From assembly GCF_001194135.2 (NCBI RefSeq), contig NC_069001.1, forward strand, positions 18,094,380 through 18,142,443: a DNA stretch of 48,064 nt, given 5' to 3'. The translations under genes and the position numbers were made by a program. The notes beneath the pieces were generated by a model, which ran no database searches, was not told where the DNA came from, and saw only the letters and a list, made by a program, of their open reading frames with translations. This stretch comes from Octopus bimaculoides. Taxonomy: Eukaryota. Below, one piece after another: positions 12,064 through 24,995 of the stretch (position 1 is the stretch's first letter; every line of letters starts with the position of its first letter).

Positions 12064-12942
12064 CGAGGTGGTATCAAAAGGTTCCCAGACTTGTTATGTT
12101 TTATAAAAAATAACTTATTTACCCAAGTTTTAACATCATCTTCTTCAAAATAATTGCCTTGCAGAGCAATAAACTGGTCCCAGTGTTCCTGCCACTTTTG
12201 GAATCCAGCCTGGAAGTCATTTTCCATAAACGAGTCAAGGACCGTCTGATTTGCTCTGGATCTCAACAACAATGTTAAAACAGCAACCTTTGAGCTGCAT
12301 TTTCATCTTGGGGAAGAGATGGAGGTTTGCAGGTGCTAAATCTGGCGAATCGGGCAGGTGTGGAAGTGATACCATGTTGTTTTCAGTGAAAAAAATCACA
12401 AGTGAGGAGAGCTCGATAAAGAATCTAATTCTTTGTGCCCCAAAGACCCCAATCACTTTCGCTGAATGTCCTCCCTCGAACACTTTAAAACATCACAGTA
12501 GAACTCTCAATCGATGGTCTGGCCCTGGAGGAGGAATTCTTGATGCACAATACCACATTTCCAGGGATGACACTTGTGGCAGGTCTTCCAGAGATATTCT
12601 TCTGCTTTTGAAGTGCCCACATCACTTGAAATATTGAGTACGACCCATTGCCTTGCCCCTGTAAGCTTGCCAAAGCATGCTCAATGTCTCTGTAGCAGAC
12701 TTCCAAGTTTAATGCAAAATTTCATGTTGGCTCTTTGTTCGTGTCCATGACAAAATTGCACACTACAGCATACTCGTAGTCACAAAAACACAAATTTCAC
12801 AACTTGCAAAGTAAACACAGCAATGTCACTCAACACACTGCCTCAAGAAGGTCACTTCAAGCTCTCCCTGTGCATGCAACTGTGTGCTGCCATCTGTTGG
12901 CACATTATAGAACTAGTTCAGGAACTTTTTGATACTACCTCA
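12064..12942 (-). mobile_element. Mariner family C, internally deleted non-autonomous copy 1 (879 bp)
   Basis: TA-flanked TIRs cgaggtggtatcaaaaggttccc / ggaactttttgatactacctca; HTH and catalytic remnants (HLPDSPDLAPA); homologous to 45762-46599. Confidence 0.9.
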
Positions 12943-13940
12943 TAGTACAGTTGATCTACATGAGATTTGAACTTAGAATCTAGAGAATCAGAGCCAGTAC
13001 TATGTGGCATTCTCTCCAACCTTAACTCTTCTGTCATCAAACAGAATTATCTCTTCTATCTTTTACTTGTCTCAGTCATTAAACTGTGGTCATGCTGGGG
13101 CACCACCGTGAAGAATTTTTAGTCAAAGGAATTGACCCTAATATTTTTTGAAGCCTGGTACTTATTCTATTGGTCTCTTTTGCCAAACTGCCACATTATG
13201 GGGACACAAACACACCAACATTGGTTGTCAAGTACAGTGGTGGGGGACAAAGACATACATACACATAAATGACAGGCTTCCAGTTTCCATCTATCAAATC
13301 CACTCACAAGGCTTTGCAGCCCGAGTCCACAATAGAAGACACTTGCCCAAGGTGTTACACAGTGGGACTAAACCTGGAACCATGTGGTTGGGAAACAAAT
13401 CTCTTACCACACAGCCACATCTGTGCCTACAAGTATTGTTGAATATATCAACTCTAGTACTTGACTGATAATTATATATCCTAGAATGATGAAAGATAAA
13501 GTTGATCTTGTCAGGATTCAAGATCAGAACACAAAAGAAGTACAAAATACCACAAGGTATTTTACTTAATGTTCAAACAGTTCAACCAATCAAGCACCCT
13601 CCACACATAAACTAATTGAAGCTTGTTTTTGAAAGCCTCATAACTGACCCTTCCCCATCTTCTGTCCATATTACTTCTTATATTCATCTTCCCATATCTC
13701 AAGAGTATTTTATGACACTACATCACCATCAACTTTATATTTTCTTTCCCCCTACTGCCACCTACTCTAATATAATGTAGGGTAGCCATGTATCTCCTCT
13801 GATAGCAAAACACCTGTACCTGTCCCTCTATCCATACTTTTGCCTCTTAGTACCTGGCATAAAGCCTCCCCCCTCTTTACTGCATCACAACCCAGTCATG
13901 GGAGCTTTTTATTTGTCTTGTGAGTTACATGGCAACCTCA

Positions 13941-14129
13941 CTTGTGCTGGTACCATGTAAAAAGCACCTACTACAATCTGTAAAGTGGTGGATGTTAGGA
14001 AAGGCATATCCAGCTATAGAAACCATGTCATCGTCATCGTCTAATGTCTGCTTTCCATGCTGGATGCCCTTCCTAATGCCAACCACTTTGAGAGCGTAGT
14101 GGGTGCTTTTCATGTGCTACCAGCACAAG
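13941..14129. repeat. Inverted pair of RTE-tail-like repeats forming a ~70-bp-arm fold-back
   Basis: 13941-14014 is the reverse complement of 14059-14129; both are pieces of the ggatgcccttcctaa...gggtgctttt repeat. Confidence 0.85.
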
Positions 14130-14345
14130 GGCCTGTCAGACAATTCTATGATATATTTATCAATATGCATTTCAAAGTTAGCCATATGTAACAGCTAGTG
14201 ACAAAATATCTATAATATGATGTATTTAACAGTTAGTGATATGTAATACATAGTACTAATATACCTATACTGTGATATATTTAACAATATTATTACATGA
14301 AATATAAGAGAAAAATAAGACAAAAGCTGCATTGTTAATACATAC

Positions 14346-14441
14346 AGTGTTATAACAGACAGCACCAGCAAAATGTCTGATCAAGAAACCTTCATCATCT
14401 CTGACATCTCGGTGAATTTTCAGTTTGGATTTACGAGGTAT
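14346..14441 (-). CDS. MYO6: Myosin VI exon (96 nt): [32 protein letters not shown]
   Basis: atttag|ATA...ACT|gtatgt; [12 protein letters not shown], typical of class VI. Confidence 0.96.
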
Positions 14442-14524
14442 CTAAATGGTTAGAAACAAGAGAACATATTAATTCATATCACTGATACAATTTTTGTTGA
14501 GAGAAGGATGAAATCTTTAATATT

Positions 14525-14950
14525 GATTCCTACATTTAGTTTACGAACAGATATTCATCTGAAAGGAGTTGTTCTCCAATGATGGAATATAACAGTGCTT
14601 AGTATATTCATGTTTGAAACTCCTAGAATGTATTAAGAATGAACAGATATGAATGACTAAGTTCACCATGCACATGACAATTTATTATCAGTAAGCAGAC
14701 ATCAGCAAAATATTTGTAGGCTGAATTCATACACAAAAGCTGAAAACTTGTTAGATTTAGTGGTCAACAGTAGCTTTAACTGAGGAGACACAACAATATC
14801 AAAACACTGGGTGTCCCTAAATCCTATTACGCTAATGAATAGAGTGTGTTCTGAACATACGTTCATATGAAAGAAAAATTGTTCTCCAGTGATGAGATCT
14901 AACAGTATTTATCATACTCATGTTAGAATCTGCTGGAACATATTAAGAAG
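14525..14950. repeat. Diverged ~110-bp direct repeat, two copies (~14525-14650 and ~14850-14950)
   Basis: Shared gaaca.a..ttcat.tgaaag...ttgttctcca.tgatg...taacagt...catgtt.gaa...tattaagaa. Confidence 0.75.
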
Positions 14951-15249
14951 GAATATGTAAGTCATAGTAATTGTGTTTGCATTGAAGACATATAAATATC
15001 AGTTTAATGAAAACTAAATAAAAGAAATAGACAATACAGGTCACTATGTCTCACTGAGATGACCTGAGAATTGTATTTAAGTGTACAAATGTCTATGGAA
15101 TATTCAACCATTTACTCCAATAACTGAATTAAAATACAGTTCTGTTAACTGAATTTAATTAGGACTTGGATTTTCAAAACTAATCCCAGATCAAGCATAT
15201 AAATGTGTTATAAAAAAGAAATAGAGACAACAATAGAAACCAAACTTAC

Positions 15250-15377
15250 ACTGAGTCTGAAATGGGTTTTGTTACGAGAGTGGACTTCAGTTGTGAAATG
15301 AGTGTATTTAGGGATTGGCAGTTTACTTTCTTCATCAAGTAAGTCAAATATACCATGGCTTTTACCTTCAATTAATT
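15250..15377 (-). CDS. MYO6: Myosin VI exon (128 nt): LIEGKSHGIFDLLDEESKLPIPKYTHFTTEVHSRNKTHFRLS
   Basis: tttcag|AA...AGT|gtaagt; GIFDLLDEE motif. Confidence 0.96.
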
Positions 15378-15544
15378 CTGAAAAAGAATTATATTAAAAA
15401 TTAGAACATTTTATTAGCTATACATACAAATGAAGGGCTATTAGAGCAAAAAAACAAGCTTGGAAGGACTGGAGGGGTGGTGGTAGTAAGGAATTATATC
15501 AGGCTAGGAATTATATTAGCCAGGAGTGAAGCAGAAGGGAAGAA

Positions 15545-16575
15545 GTTCACCAATGTCTTACAGTATGAGGACTAGAGGCTTGAAGTGCTTTGGCTTGCAA
15601 GATAATGTGCCATGAAAAATTGTGATGTGAGAGAGAAGTGTGTTCACATAGATGATGGTTCACTTACAGTTAGTGATTCTGCAAAGAAAGAGGCTTGGAA
15701 GTGCCACTATGAAAGGCTACTAAATGTAGAGAAATGATGGGAAAAGGAGAGTCTGCCTAATATGGATCCGACAGAGAGACCAACAATTTGAATAGACAGT
15801 AGCATGGTACATAAAGCCATGAAGGGTATGAAGACCAGGAAAGCCCCCAGCCCATCAGGAATCACTGCTGAGATGCTTAAAAAAATCTGGTGCTGTTGGG
15901 TATGGTTTAGTTACTTGTATAGTAAATCAGGTTGTACACAAGGGAGTCATACCCAATGACTGGTGCAACAGCATCATAGTCAACTGCTACAGAGGTAAAG
16001 GTGATGCCTTAGACAGAAATAATTATAGAGGTATCAAATTGTTGAATCAGACGATAGAAGTTATGGAGAGGGTCATAACCCAACTAATTAGGAAGACAGT
16101 AAGTCTAGATGAGATGCAGTTTGGTCTTGTGCCAAGGAAAAGCACGGCTGATGTTATATTTCCGGTAAGGCAGCTACAGGAGAAGTACCTAGCCAAAGAT
16201 ATACCTTTGTACTTGGCTTTTGTTGACATGGAGAAAGCCTCTGACAGGGTTCCCTGATCCCTTGTCTGGTGGTCAACATGGAAACTAGGGATAGATGAGT
16301 GGTTGGTGAGAGCCGTACAAGCCATGTACAGGGATGCTGTCAGTAAGGTGAGGATTGGAAATGAGTATAACGATGAATTCAGGGTATAAGTAGGGGTTCA
16401 CCAAGGGTTAGTTCTCATCCACCCCCTATTCATCATCGTCCTTCTGGCAATAACAGAGGAATTTAAGATGGGCTGCCCCTGGGAGCTCCTCTATGCTGAT
16501 GACCTTATTCTCAGCTGAATTGCTTCCAGAACTAGAGAAGAAATTTCAGGTGTGGAAGCAAGGTCTAGAATCAAA
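15545..16575 (+). mobile_element. RTE-clade LINE reverse-transcriptase fragment, decayed
   Basis: Remnants NYRGIKLL, MQFG..PRKSTAD, AFVDMEKA(F)DRVP, GVHQG, ELLYADDL, with stops. Confidence 0.9.
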
Positions 16576-17275
16576 GAATATACTAATATATACACACATG
16601 CTCTTCCCCCTACCTCTATAGTCTTCAAATTTTTTCTCCCTCATTGCTCTCACTGCACTCACCTCCTGCCCTCTCCCTAAAGTTTCTTTACCCCCCCCCC
16701 CTCGATACTGTCTTATCTCTCTCCCTCTAGTCTGTGCTTAATACTCCATACCTCTCTTCTCTCCAAATCCCTAGCCAACCCTATCATTTTCTCCAATTTT
16801 TGTTTGCTTCCCATTCACACTCATATTTACCCTTATAATTCAGGATAACTCTGGACACACACCCCTACACAACCCCATCATCACGTTTCTAATCTGTCCC
16901 TCCAATTGTCGTCATCATCCTTATCATTTTATGTCTCTATTCCAAGCTGGATGAATCATCATGGTCAGTGTATGTGTGTGTGGTGGGGATTCTAGTTACT
17001 GCCCATCTAGATGAGTCTGAGGACCAAACCTCACTCATACAGTTTATTTTTGGAATAGTTTCTATTGCTGCATGTTCTCCCTGACACCAAACCATTTTCC
17101 ATGTACCATGATACAATGCACCACTTTACTGGGTGCCTTTTATCATAGCACCAACACTAGTGATGTTGTCATGTCCTTGACAGGACCAGAGAGTCCTCTC
17201 AACCCCACACTTTACAGAGCACATTGGGTGCAATTCATCACAGTACTAACAATTGTAAAGTTTCCTTACATCGTA

Positions 17276-17495
17276 TGATGAGGTGCTGAAAAGTTCCTGG
17301 CTTCAGGTAGAAGAAAATACAAGAGGATCAGTTAATTACAGTGTTATTCAACATGTTCCCTTCTTACAGTCACACACTTATTGCAGCAGTCTTTCAGTTT
17401 TTCTAAGCCCTGTAAAAGAACTCAGAAGGTTGGTCCTCCAACCAGGCCTTCCACAATACCCTTAAAGCCAGGAACTTTTCAGCACCCGCTCCCTG
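17276..17495. mobile_element. Mariner-type MITE, ~220 bp
   Basis: TIR core gtgctgaaaagttcctggctt / aagccaggaacttttcagcac; TA at both outer ends; no coding capacity. Confidence 0.8.
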
Positions 17496-18047
17496 TACAG
17501 TTAGTTTGTGTAATTTCCAAAGATCAAAATAAATATATAATAAGGGAAATTTCTTTAACCTTTTATAAAGAAAAGTTATTTAACTTTTAAAATGGCAAGT
17601 GACTTTTGCATCACCCAAGACAACATTGGGGACTGGGAATTAATTTCCAGTACAAATACCACTTTGGTGCCAGGTGCATATAAGACCACCAAAAACTGCA
17701 ATATGAGAAGGGGTTAGGAAAAAAATAATATCACATCGTCTGTTGTGAGGGTTAACAAAGGATGCATTCAGTAGAGGAGCCCATTTGAAAAATATATTGC
17801 AGTCTCCACCCAGTACAACCAGCAATAAATCTGAAACATGTTCTGGGAGGTATGGGGTGAGAGAGAGCACAAATGATGCACGTTCTGGAACCCTGAAGTG
17901 GATCCAGAAGGGAACTGTTAGTGATCGGAGAATGTGTAATGAAGATTGCTTCTGACAGGACCCTATGGAAAAGGTGTCTGAAAACTCTACTGCAACAAAC
18001 GTCCCAGGAATAGTGAGCAGAGAAGATGGCTGGATGAAAAATATTAA

Positions 18048-18247
18048 CCCTTTAGCATTTAAACCAGCCATATCCAGCCAAAATACTCTTCCTGTTTAAT
18101 GTTTAAACTGGCTGGATCTGGCTTCTCACACCTGCCCAGCAATGTCATTGTAAAAATAAACAATTACATCAAAATCTCAAAGGTATGAGATAAAAGGTGT
18201 GAATGAAGAAGCATTACATTTTACAGAGTAAACTGAATGTTAAAGAG
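18048..18247. mobile_element. piggyBac-type MITE, copy 1
   Basis: TTAA followed by ccctttagcattt; decayed right end gaatgttaaagag-taa; homologous to 27332-27540. Confidence 0.75.
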
Positions 18248-18412
18248 TAAGAGATGAAAAACACTAAAGTGGAATGGAAAAGAGGAACAGGGCCACTGAC
18301 TAATGAACTTCAAAACATATTAACACTCTTTGTTAGGTAACTCTGTTACTATTTATCTCAGGCAATCAGAATGAGATCAAAAAGAGAAAAAAAATAAAAA
18401 TAAACAACTTAC

Positions 18413-18485
18413 CAATACAGTCTTGGTTGTCTGTGTAATCAATCTTCTTGACATTCAGACCTTCCTTCTCATATAAGGCTTGTTC
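18413..18485 (-). CDS. MYO6: Myosin VI exon (73 nt): EQALYEKEGLNVKKIDYTDNQDCI(E)
   Basis: ttttag|GAA...ATT G|gtaagt. Confidence 0.96.
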
Positions 18486-18650
18486 CTAAAATGGGGGGAA
18501 TTGAAAGACCAAAATAGATATTAGACATTAGTATTTCATAGGGGCTATGTAAAACATACATGCACATATGTTTGTGCATGTGTATGTTGTATGTATGTGT
18601 GTGTGTGTGTAAATTTCTATGGATAATCTCTAAGTTGCTTACAATTGCAT

Positions 18651-18716
<66 letters not shown>
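18651..18716. repeat. (GA)n microsatellite
   Basis: Directly visible. Confidence 0.95.
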
Positions 18717-19947
18717 TTCCCTGTTAGTATGGGACATTTTCATTATCTTGTCTGCAAGTCTGTAACAATTTTGATTTTCTTGATTCAAATTGGTATTTGT
18801 AATATTTTCCTGATTTCAGTCATTCATTGGACTATGGTGACTATGCTGGGGTAGTCTTGAAAGGGTTTTTTTAACCATGGTGCACTACTGCAACCTATCA
18901 TCTATTTTATTGATCTCTATTTATCAAAAGGCTTTGCTAGCATTTTTGCTCTAAAGGGACACAACTCAATCCACTACTTTACACTGGTAAACTTAAGGTA
19001 TAGCCCACACTCACACGTCTGTGTGTCCATGTCCCAACAAATCCCCATCTGGGATGAAACTACCACTAGTCACTGTGAGGTATTGAATTTTACAACACCC
19101 ACAATAAAATCATTGCAACTGTTTAAAGTTCTAAAGTTCTCTCAGTCTGAGGCTGTTGTATCTAGTATATTGCGCATGTGTGCACACACATACACACTTT
19201 CCATATGTTGGCATGAGCTGGATAGGCCATCATAGTTTGAGCCAATTTTCACTTGGAGTTACTGCTTGATGGTGGCCCTCTGACTATCCTGAATACATCT
19301 GGGGACCAGGTCTCACTTATGCTTTGTTCTTGATTTGGTTTCTTTGGCTGGATGCCCTTCCCGTCACCAACAACTTTACAGTGTACTGGGAGCTTTTATC
19401 ACAAAACTAGCACGAAATACGTTGTCTTTTCCAAAAGACTAACACACACATTTATCTCTTATCTCCTACTTGTTTCAGTCACTAGACTGTGGCCATGCTA
19501 GGGCAATGCTTTTGAGAATATTTTTAGCCAAATGAATCAACCCCAGTACTTGTTTTTTTTTCTTTTAAGCCTGGTATTTCTTCTTTCAGTCTGCTTTGTC
19601 AAATCAGGGACATAAAAAACCAACACCATTGTCAGGCAGAGGTGAGAGACAAACACACAAACGCATATACATACACATGGGCTTCTTTCAGTTTCCATTT
19701 ACCAAATCCACTCACAAGGCTTTGGTCAGCCAGAGGCTGTAGTAGAAGGCATTTGCCCAGGTGCCAAGCAGTGGGATTGAACCCAGAACCATGTGCTTGG
19801 GATATCATGTTAATATCTACTATTTCATGCTTGTATGGCAGCGACTATCATGCAATGTCAAGTAAAGGATAAACACACACACAGACACATACAAGCTTCT
19901 TTTAGTTTTAATTGGCCAAATCCAGTTGCAAGGCTTGCTCAAGGCTA

Positions 19948-20110
19948 TCATCATCACCATCACCATCATCATCAACAACAACAACACCCGTTTTCCATGC
20001 AGGCATGGGTTGGATGGTTTGACAGGAGCTGTTTTGGTATGGTTCCTATGACTGGATGCCCTTCCTAATGTCAACCACTCTGCAGAGTGTACTGGGTGCA
20101 TTTTATGTGA
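19948..20110 (-). mobile_element. RTE 3'-tail repeat ending in (GAT)n
   Basis: catcatcat...ccgttttccatgc.ggcatgggttgga motif. Other copies at ~11550-11680(+), ~24310-24400(+), ~43675-43870(-), ~45020-45243(+), ~46868-47500(-). Boundaries approximate. Confidence 0.7.
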
Positions 20111-20397
20111 TGCTAGCTATATGAATCTAATTTGAACTCAGATCCATGCTTGACCACATGGCTATGTCTATTAAGACAAAATGTTTTCAGACATCCACTG
20201 CTGCTCAGAAGATGTTACTCTACCCCCAAACACAGCTCCCATCAAATTATAAATTCTAATCAATATTTTTTTTTTTTTTCTAACTTTTAAAGAGAAGGAA
20301 ATCAATAATTTTTGTTTGTTTTTTTGTTCTGATCATTTTAAATTTGTTTAATTATTGAAGAATTGGCAAGAGTAAATGATAAAACTTGAAACATTAC

Positions 20398-20489
20398 CTC
20401 CTTTAGGATGCGTTCATTAAAGAACTGTTGGAGCTTCTCATTACAGTAATTGATACAGAATTGTTCAAAACTGTTCACTTGGAAATATT
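20398..20489 (-). CDS. MYO6: Myosin VI exon (92 nt): [30 protein letters not shown]
   Basis: cctcag|AA...GAG|gtaatg; relay helix [16 protein letters not shown]. Confidence 0.97.
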
Positions 20490-21095
20490 CTGAGGAAGTT
20501 TGGAAAGAAAAAATAAATTAAATAAATAATATAAAATAATAACAGATTTCAAAATATGAAATATTATTGTTTGCACTTCACTAAAACTGAATATTTTAAT
20601 GATGTGTGTATGGTGTGTGTGTGTGTGTGGAGGGGGGGATATAACTCTGTAACATGAATGAAATAGAAATAAAATAGAAAAAATATTTCTAAAAAAATCA
20701 AAGAATATATTTAAAGAAATGGCCCAATAAATTATATGAAGAAAATTAGGACACCAGAAATAAGGAATTGTAGGTCAAGAGGGATGCAGTTGATTATAAT
20801 GATTCCAGTATTTTAGTGGGGTGAAAGCACATGGCCTAGTAATGTTGAGCTGATGAGTGTTAGGTCACAAGGTCAATTCTCAGAAGGAGGGGGTGGTTAT
20901 GAACAAGATGCTTCACTTCACATTGCTTCACTAGACACAGCTTTGGGAATCTGGATAAACTTTAGTTTCACGAGTTAGAAGGTTCCAGGCAGACTTGGCT
21001 GGTACTCTGCTGGTACTTTATTTATTTTCTCAAACCCAGAAGGATGAAAGGCAAATTCAGTGAGATTTGATCAATTTATACATACACTAAATAAG

Positions 21096-21308
21096 AGCTT
21101 CAAATTTTGTCACAATGCCAGCAATTTCAAGGGAGGGGTTAAGTCGATAACATTGACCCCAGTGCTTAACTAGTATTTATTTTACTGACCCTGAAAGGAT
21201 GAAAGGCAAAGAAGACCTCAGCAAGGATTTGAACTTGGAATGTAAAGACAGACAAAGTGCTAAGCATTTTGCCTGGCATGCTAACAATTCTGCTTGCTTA
21301 CTGCCTTA
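21096..21308 (-). mobile_element. tRNA-SINE type 2 (head ggcgagctggcagaa, B box gttcaaattcc)
   Basis: Family copies at ~28296-28440(+), ~28455-28570(-), ~30525-30630(-), ~38045-38262(-), ~40058-40262(-), ~40395-40582(-), ~45562-45735(+). Confidence 0.8.
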
Positions 21309-22042
21309 TAAATACACTAAATATTAATTAATTATAAGTGTAAAATAAACTACAATTGGCAAATGTGTTTAATCATTGTCATTCTGTTGGCACAGGTATG
21401 GCTGTGAGGTTGATAAGTCTGCTTTCCAACCAAGTAGTTTCAGGTTCAGTTTCACTGTAAAACACTTTGATGCTTTTGCTACAGCACTGGGCCAACCAAA
21501 GTCTTGTGAGTGGATTTGATAAATGGAAACTGAAGGAAGTCCATGAAGTGAATGTGTGTGTGTGTTTAGATTCGACTCTATGAAAGTCATGAACTATGAG
21601 CAATGTTGTCAATTTTCCCCTCAACAAATTGTCTGTTCATGTTACACCATTGAAAATGTGTGAAATAGAGATCCCTTAACTAAGGAAACAGTTGAGGGCT
21701 AGTAACAGGAAAGGTATCCAGCTGTAAAACAATGCCTCACTCATAGACCGACCCTCCTCTCAGTCATGCATTATTTTGTCCATAAAGACAAACAACCTGA
21801 GATCCAATCTCACTAGTTCTTTCTATGCATTTATATTATTTATATTGACTAACCAACTCCCATCAAAATTTTTGGCCTTGTTTTTAAGTTGGAAGTCACT
21901 ATTCATATCTTGTATTAGGTAATCAATAGTATCTTTGATTATAGATTCCCAACATGTCAATCATTGGTTCAGTGAATTGACAATGACCAATAGTGACAAG
22001 GGAGCATCTGTGTAATTCAAGTAGAATGAAGATCACAAAATA

Positions 22043-23260
22043 TTGGGTCATCCCATAAATACTGTGGTTTTTCAATTGAATGAACTAAAAGTCGGAGGGG
22101 AACAGGATAAACTACCTGCATCAACTTGCTATAAAAGCAGGCAGTAGTTTTACCTTGTCCTTATTCTTAGTGCAAGTTTTGAAGAGTGCAGTTTGATTTT
22201 AACATTTAATTTTTCAATGGAAATGACAAAGGAGCATATTTGGCATATTTTGCTTTATGAGTTCAATAAAGGCAACAACACAACGGAAAGTGTGAGGTGT
22301 ATTAATGCAGTATATGGGGATTGGACAATAAGCGTAACCAAGTGTCAATGGTGGTTCCAGAAAATGAGCCTCATCCTGGAAAATCTGTAGAGCTCGACAA
22401 GGACGTCATGCAAACCCTGGCGGAACAAAATCTGTTGAGGAACTAGCAGATAAACTTGGATTTAGTCATTCAACCATTCATCAACACCTGTGTGCCATCA
22501 GAACAGTCAGCAAATTGGGTCAATGGGTTCCTCACAAACATTCCAAGGCTAATCGCATGTGTTCTTTGCTGTCACATCTCACAAATGAGCCTTTTTTGGA
22601 CTGAATAGTGACTGATGACGAGAAATGAGTTCTCTATAAAAATGTCAAGCACTGATGACAGTGGGTAGCGAAAGGAGAAACACCAGCACCCTAGGCTAAA
22701 GAAGGTCTTCACTCACGTAAGGTATTGTTATCTGTTTGAAGGAAAAGGTTTAGCCCACTTTGAACTTTTAAACCCAAACCAAACGATAACAAAAGAGATC
22801 TTCTGCAAGGAGCTTGAGCGGCTTAAATCAGTGATAAAAGGAAAACGACCATCTTCGGTTTCAAGACAAAAGGTGGTCTTCCATCAGGATAATGCTCAAC
22901 CACATACAGCGAGGATGACATTCCAAAGACTGGAGCAGTTTGAATGAGAAACAATACCCTACCCAAAATATTCGCCAGACATTGCCCCATCTGATTATCA
23001 TTTATTCTGCAGTTTTCAAAATTATTTAGATGGAAAAAATATGAATTCTGTAGATGAAGTCAGAACAGTACTGAAGAAGTATTTTTCATCACAGACAAAT
23101 GAATTTTGGAAGAGGGGCCTTGCAAGTCTGTCAAATAGATTGAAGAGCATTGTAGAAAATGAAGAAGAGTGTATTTTAGATTAAAAAAGAACTTTGTTTA
23201 TGTTTATGTTGAAAACTAAAAGAAGTATAAAAAAACTGCATTATTTATGGGATGACCCAA
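22043..23260 (+). mobile_element. Mariner family A, copy 2, near full length (1218 bp), decayed
   Basis: TA|ttgggtcatcccataaata ... tatttatgggatgacccaa|TA; remnants MEMTKEHIWHILLYEFNK, HQDNAQPH, YSPDIAPSDYHLF; colinear with 10-1315. Confidence 0.95.
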
Positions 23261-23707
23261 TATTTTTGTCTAGAAATGCTGGTTTATCAATTTTCTTACA
23301 CATACAGTTGATCTCAGTAGGAATTGAACTCAGAACACAGAGATGAGACAAATACTGCAAGGCATTCTGATACCACAAAGATGTTACCAAATTTCTCCCC
23401 TTCCAGTTGACTGGCCAGTAAAAGTTGGGCAAGATATTTTGCACTGTCATGGCTCTCTGTGATCTAATGACAATGTCTGTGATGACACTGGTGCTAGGAT
23501 AGATTGGTTTGTCTCTATCTTGGACAACATGAGTGATAAAAGTGAGGCAGGGAATCACATGTATGGATAACTGATATATCTGCTACAACAACCTACTCCA
23601 CTTCCATGTCTAGGCTTGCACCCTGGGGGCATGGGTCAACCCTAAGTGACAGAGACCTAAGATGTGATGTGGTGGAGTAAGGGGTAAGTGGTGTGATGGT
23701 ACTCATA

Positions 23708-23976
23708 TTCCATAACAGTCCTCTCCATACACAGGACATATCTTCCTGCAGATGTCCACTGGTTTCTTACCTATTTTAAAATAAGAAATTATAAGGGGTT
23801 GATAATATTTCTTTTGTTCTCCCTTTTCAGGATGATCCCAAGCACACAAAATATAACCTGTTTTGTCACAAGTTCGTATGAACTACACTGAAGTGTCAAG
23901 TGTCTGATGAGTGTGCATGTGCAAGGAACAGATTGAAGTTAGCTACTTATTATAGTGCTTGAAGTGATGGAATCAA
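23708..23976. repeat. ~270-bp direct repeat, copy 1 (copy 2 at 25598-25864)
   Basis: Colinear blocks ttccataacag..., gatccca.acacacaaaata.aacctg, gaagttagctacttatta.agtgcttgaagt. Confidence 0.85.
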
Positions 23977-24023
23977 ACTACACAACAAATTCCTCTGAAA
24001 TTTATTTCAAGGCTGAGACTTAC

Positions 24024-24181
24024 CAAATCCAGCAATATCGAGGACACCAATGTAATTGCATGAAGAACTAAATGGGATTGCCTGGTTTACTCTGTTGACA
24101 ATGTAATCAAAAAGCCGTGAATAGACAGCTTTAGCAAGAGCATCACGAGCATTGCTGGCTTCATTTACCTTTAGAGGAACT
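24024..24181 (-). CDS. MYO6: Myosin VI exon (158 nt): [52 protein letters not shown](E)
   Basis: ttgcag|A...TTT G|gtaagt; RDALAK and switch II DIAGF. Confidence 0.97.
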
Positions 24182-24242
24182 CTGCAAACATAAGACAAAA
24201 AGAGTTAGCTCAGTTTTTACTTGAAAATTTACTGACACAAAG

Positions 24243-24280
<38 letters not shown>

Positions 24281-24440
24281 CAAGCTGTAAAATCCCTGCC
24301 AAAACAGTCACAGTAGCCTGGGGTAGTTTTTCTATCCGGCGAGCTCCTGTGAACCATCCTACCCATGCAGGCATAGAAAATGGACGTTAAATGATGACAA
24401 CTGCTGATATTACTCACAAACCAATCCTCATTGGATGGAG

Positions 24441-24829
24441 GCAGATAATCAACAAAGTGGGGACAAGGTAATAGTGTGGTGTGGGATTTGGCACAACCAA
24501 GTAATCGGACCATTTTATTTTAAGGGCTCTGTGACAGGTGATTTGTATCTGGACATGCTAGGCAACAAGATGATGCCTCATGTGCATCCACTTGGAAGAG
24601 GAAATCCTGTCTGGTTTCAGCAGGATAGGAACTCTGCCCCCATTATGCATTATAGGTTCATGATTTTCTGAATGAGCATTTTCCAGGGAGATGGCTCGGG
24701 CATTGCTGGTCAATTGAATATTTAGAGTTACATGGCCAACACTTTGAACATTTGTAATGGATTATCTACTTCATTGCTAATAAAGCATACTTGATATCTC
24801 CCATGGTGCACGACTTTCTGGCCACCCTG
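24441..24829 (+). mobile_element. Tc1-like transposase fragment with right TIR
   Basis: KVIVWCGIW...IGPFYF.G.VTGDLYLDML...WFQQD...LNEHFPGRW; ends gactttctggccaccctg|TA. Confidence 0.8.
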
Positions 24830-24952
24830 TATATACACATACATATGTATACATACACATATATATATATACACATACATATACAATTGTTTTGACACAT
24901 CTAACATTGATCCCTCATGGGTGGGATACTTAACAACTGGTATCTATATATA

Positions 24953-24995
24953 CAGTGTGCAATGGGTACATTGTCATTTTATATTTTTAATTTCG
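24953..24995. mobile_element. Solo terminus of the 4593-5434 (maT-like) family
   Basis: TA|cagtgtgcaatgggtacattgtcattttatattttta matches the reverse complement of 5395-5434. Confidence 0.65.

Noticed and set aside
14880-14950. C/D-box snoRNA (gtgatga) in the direct repeat
   Set aside because: The C-box word is on the + strand, antisense to the host gene, and no matching D box or terminal stem is conserved between copies.
17640-18071. 143-aa minus-strand ORF, the longest unexplained one
   Set aside because: No recognisable motif and no splice signals fitting the MYO6 frame; it starts inside a piggyBac MITE. A BLASTX search would settle it.
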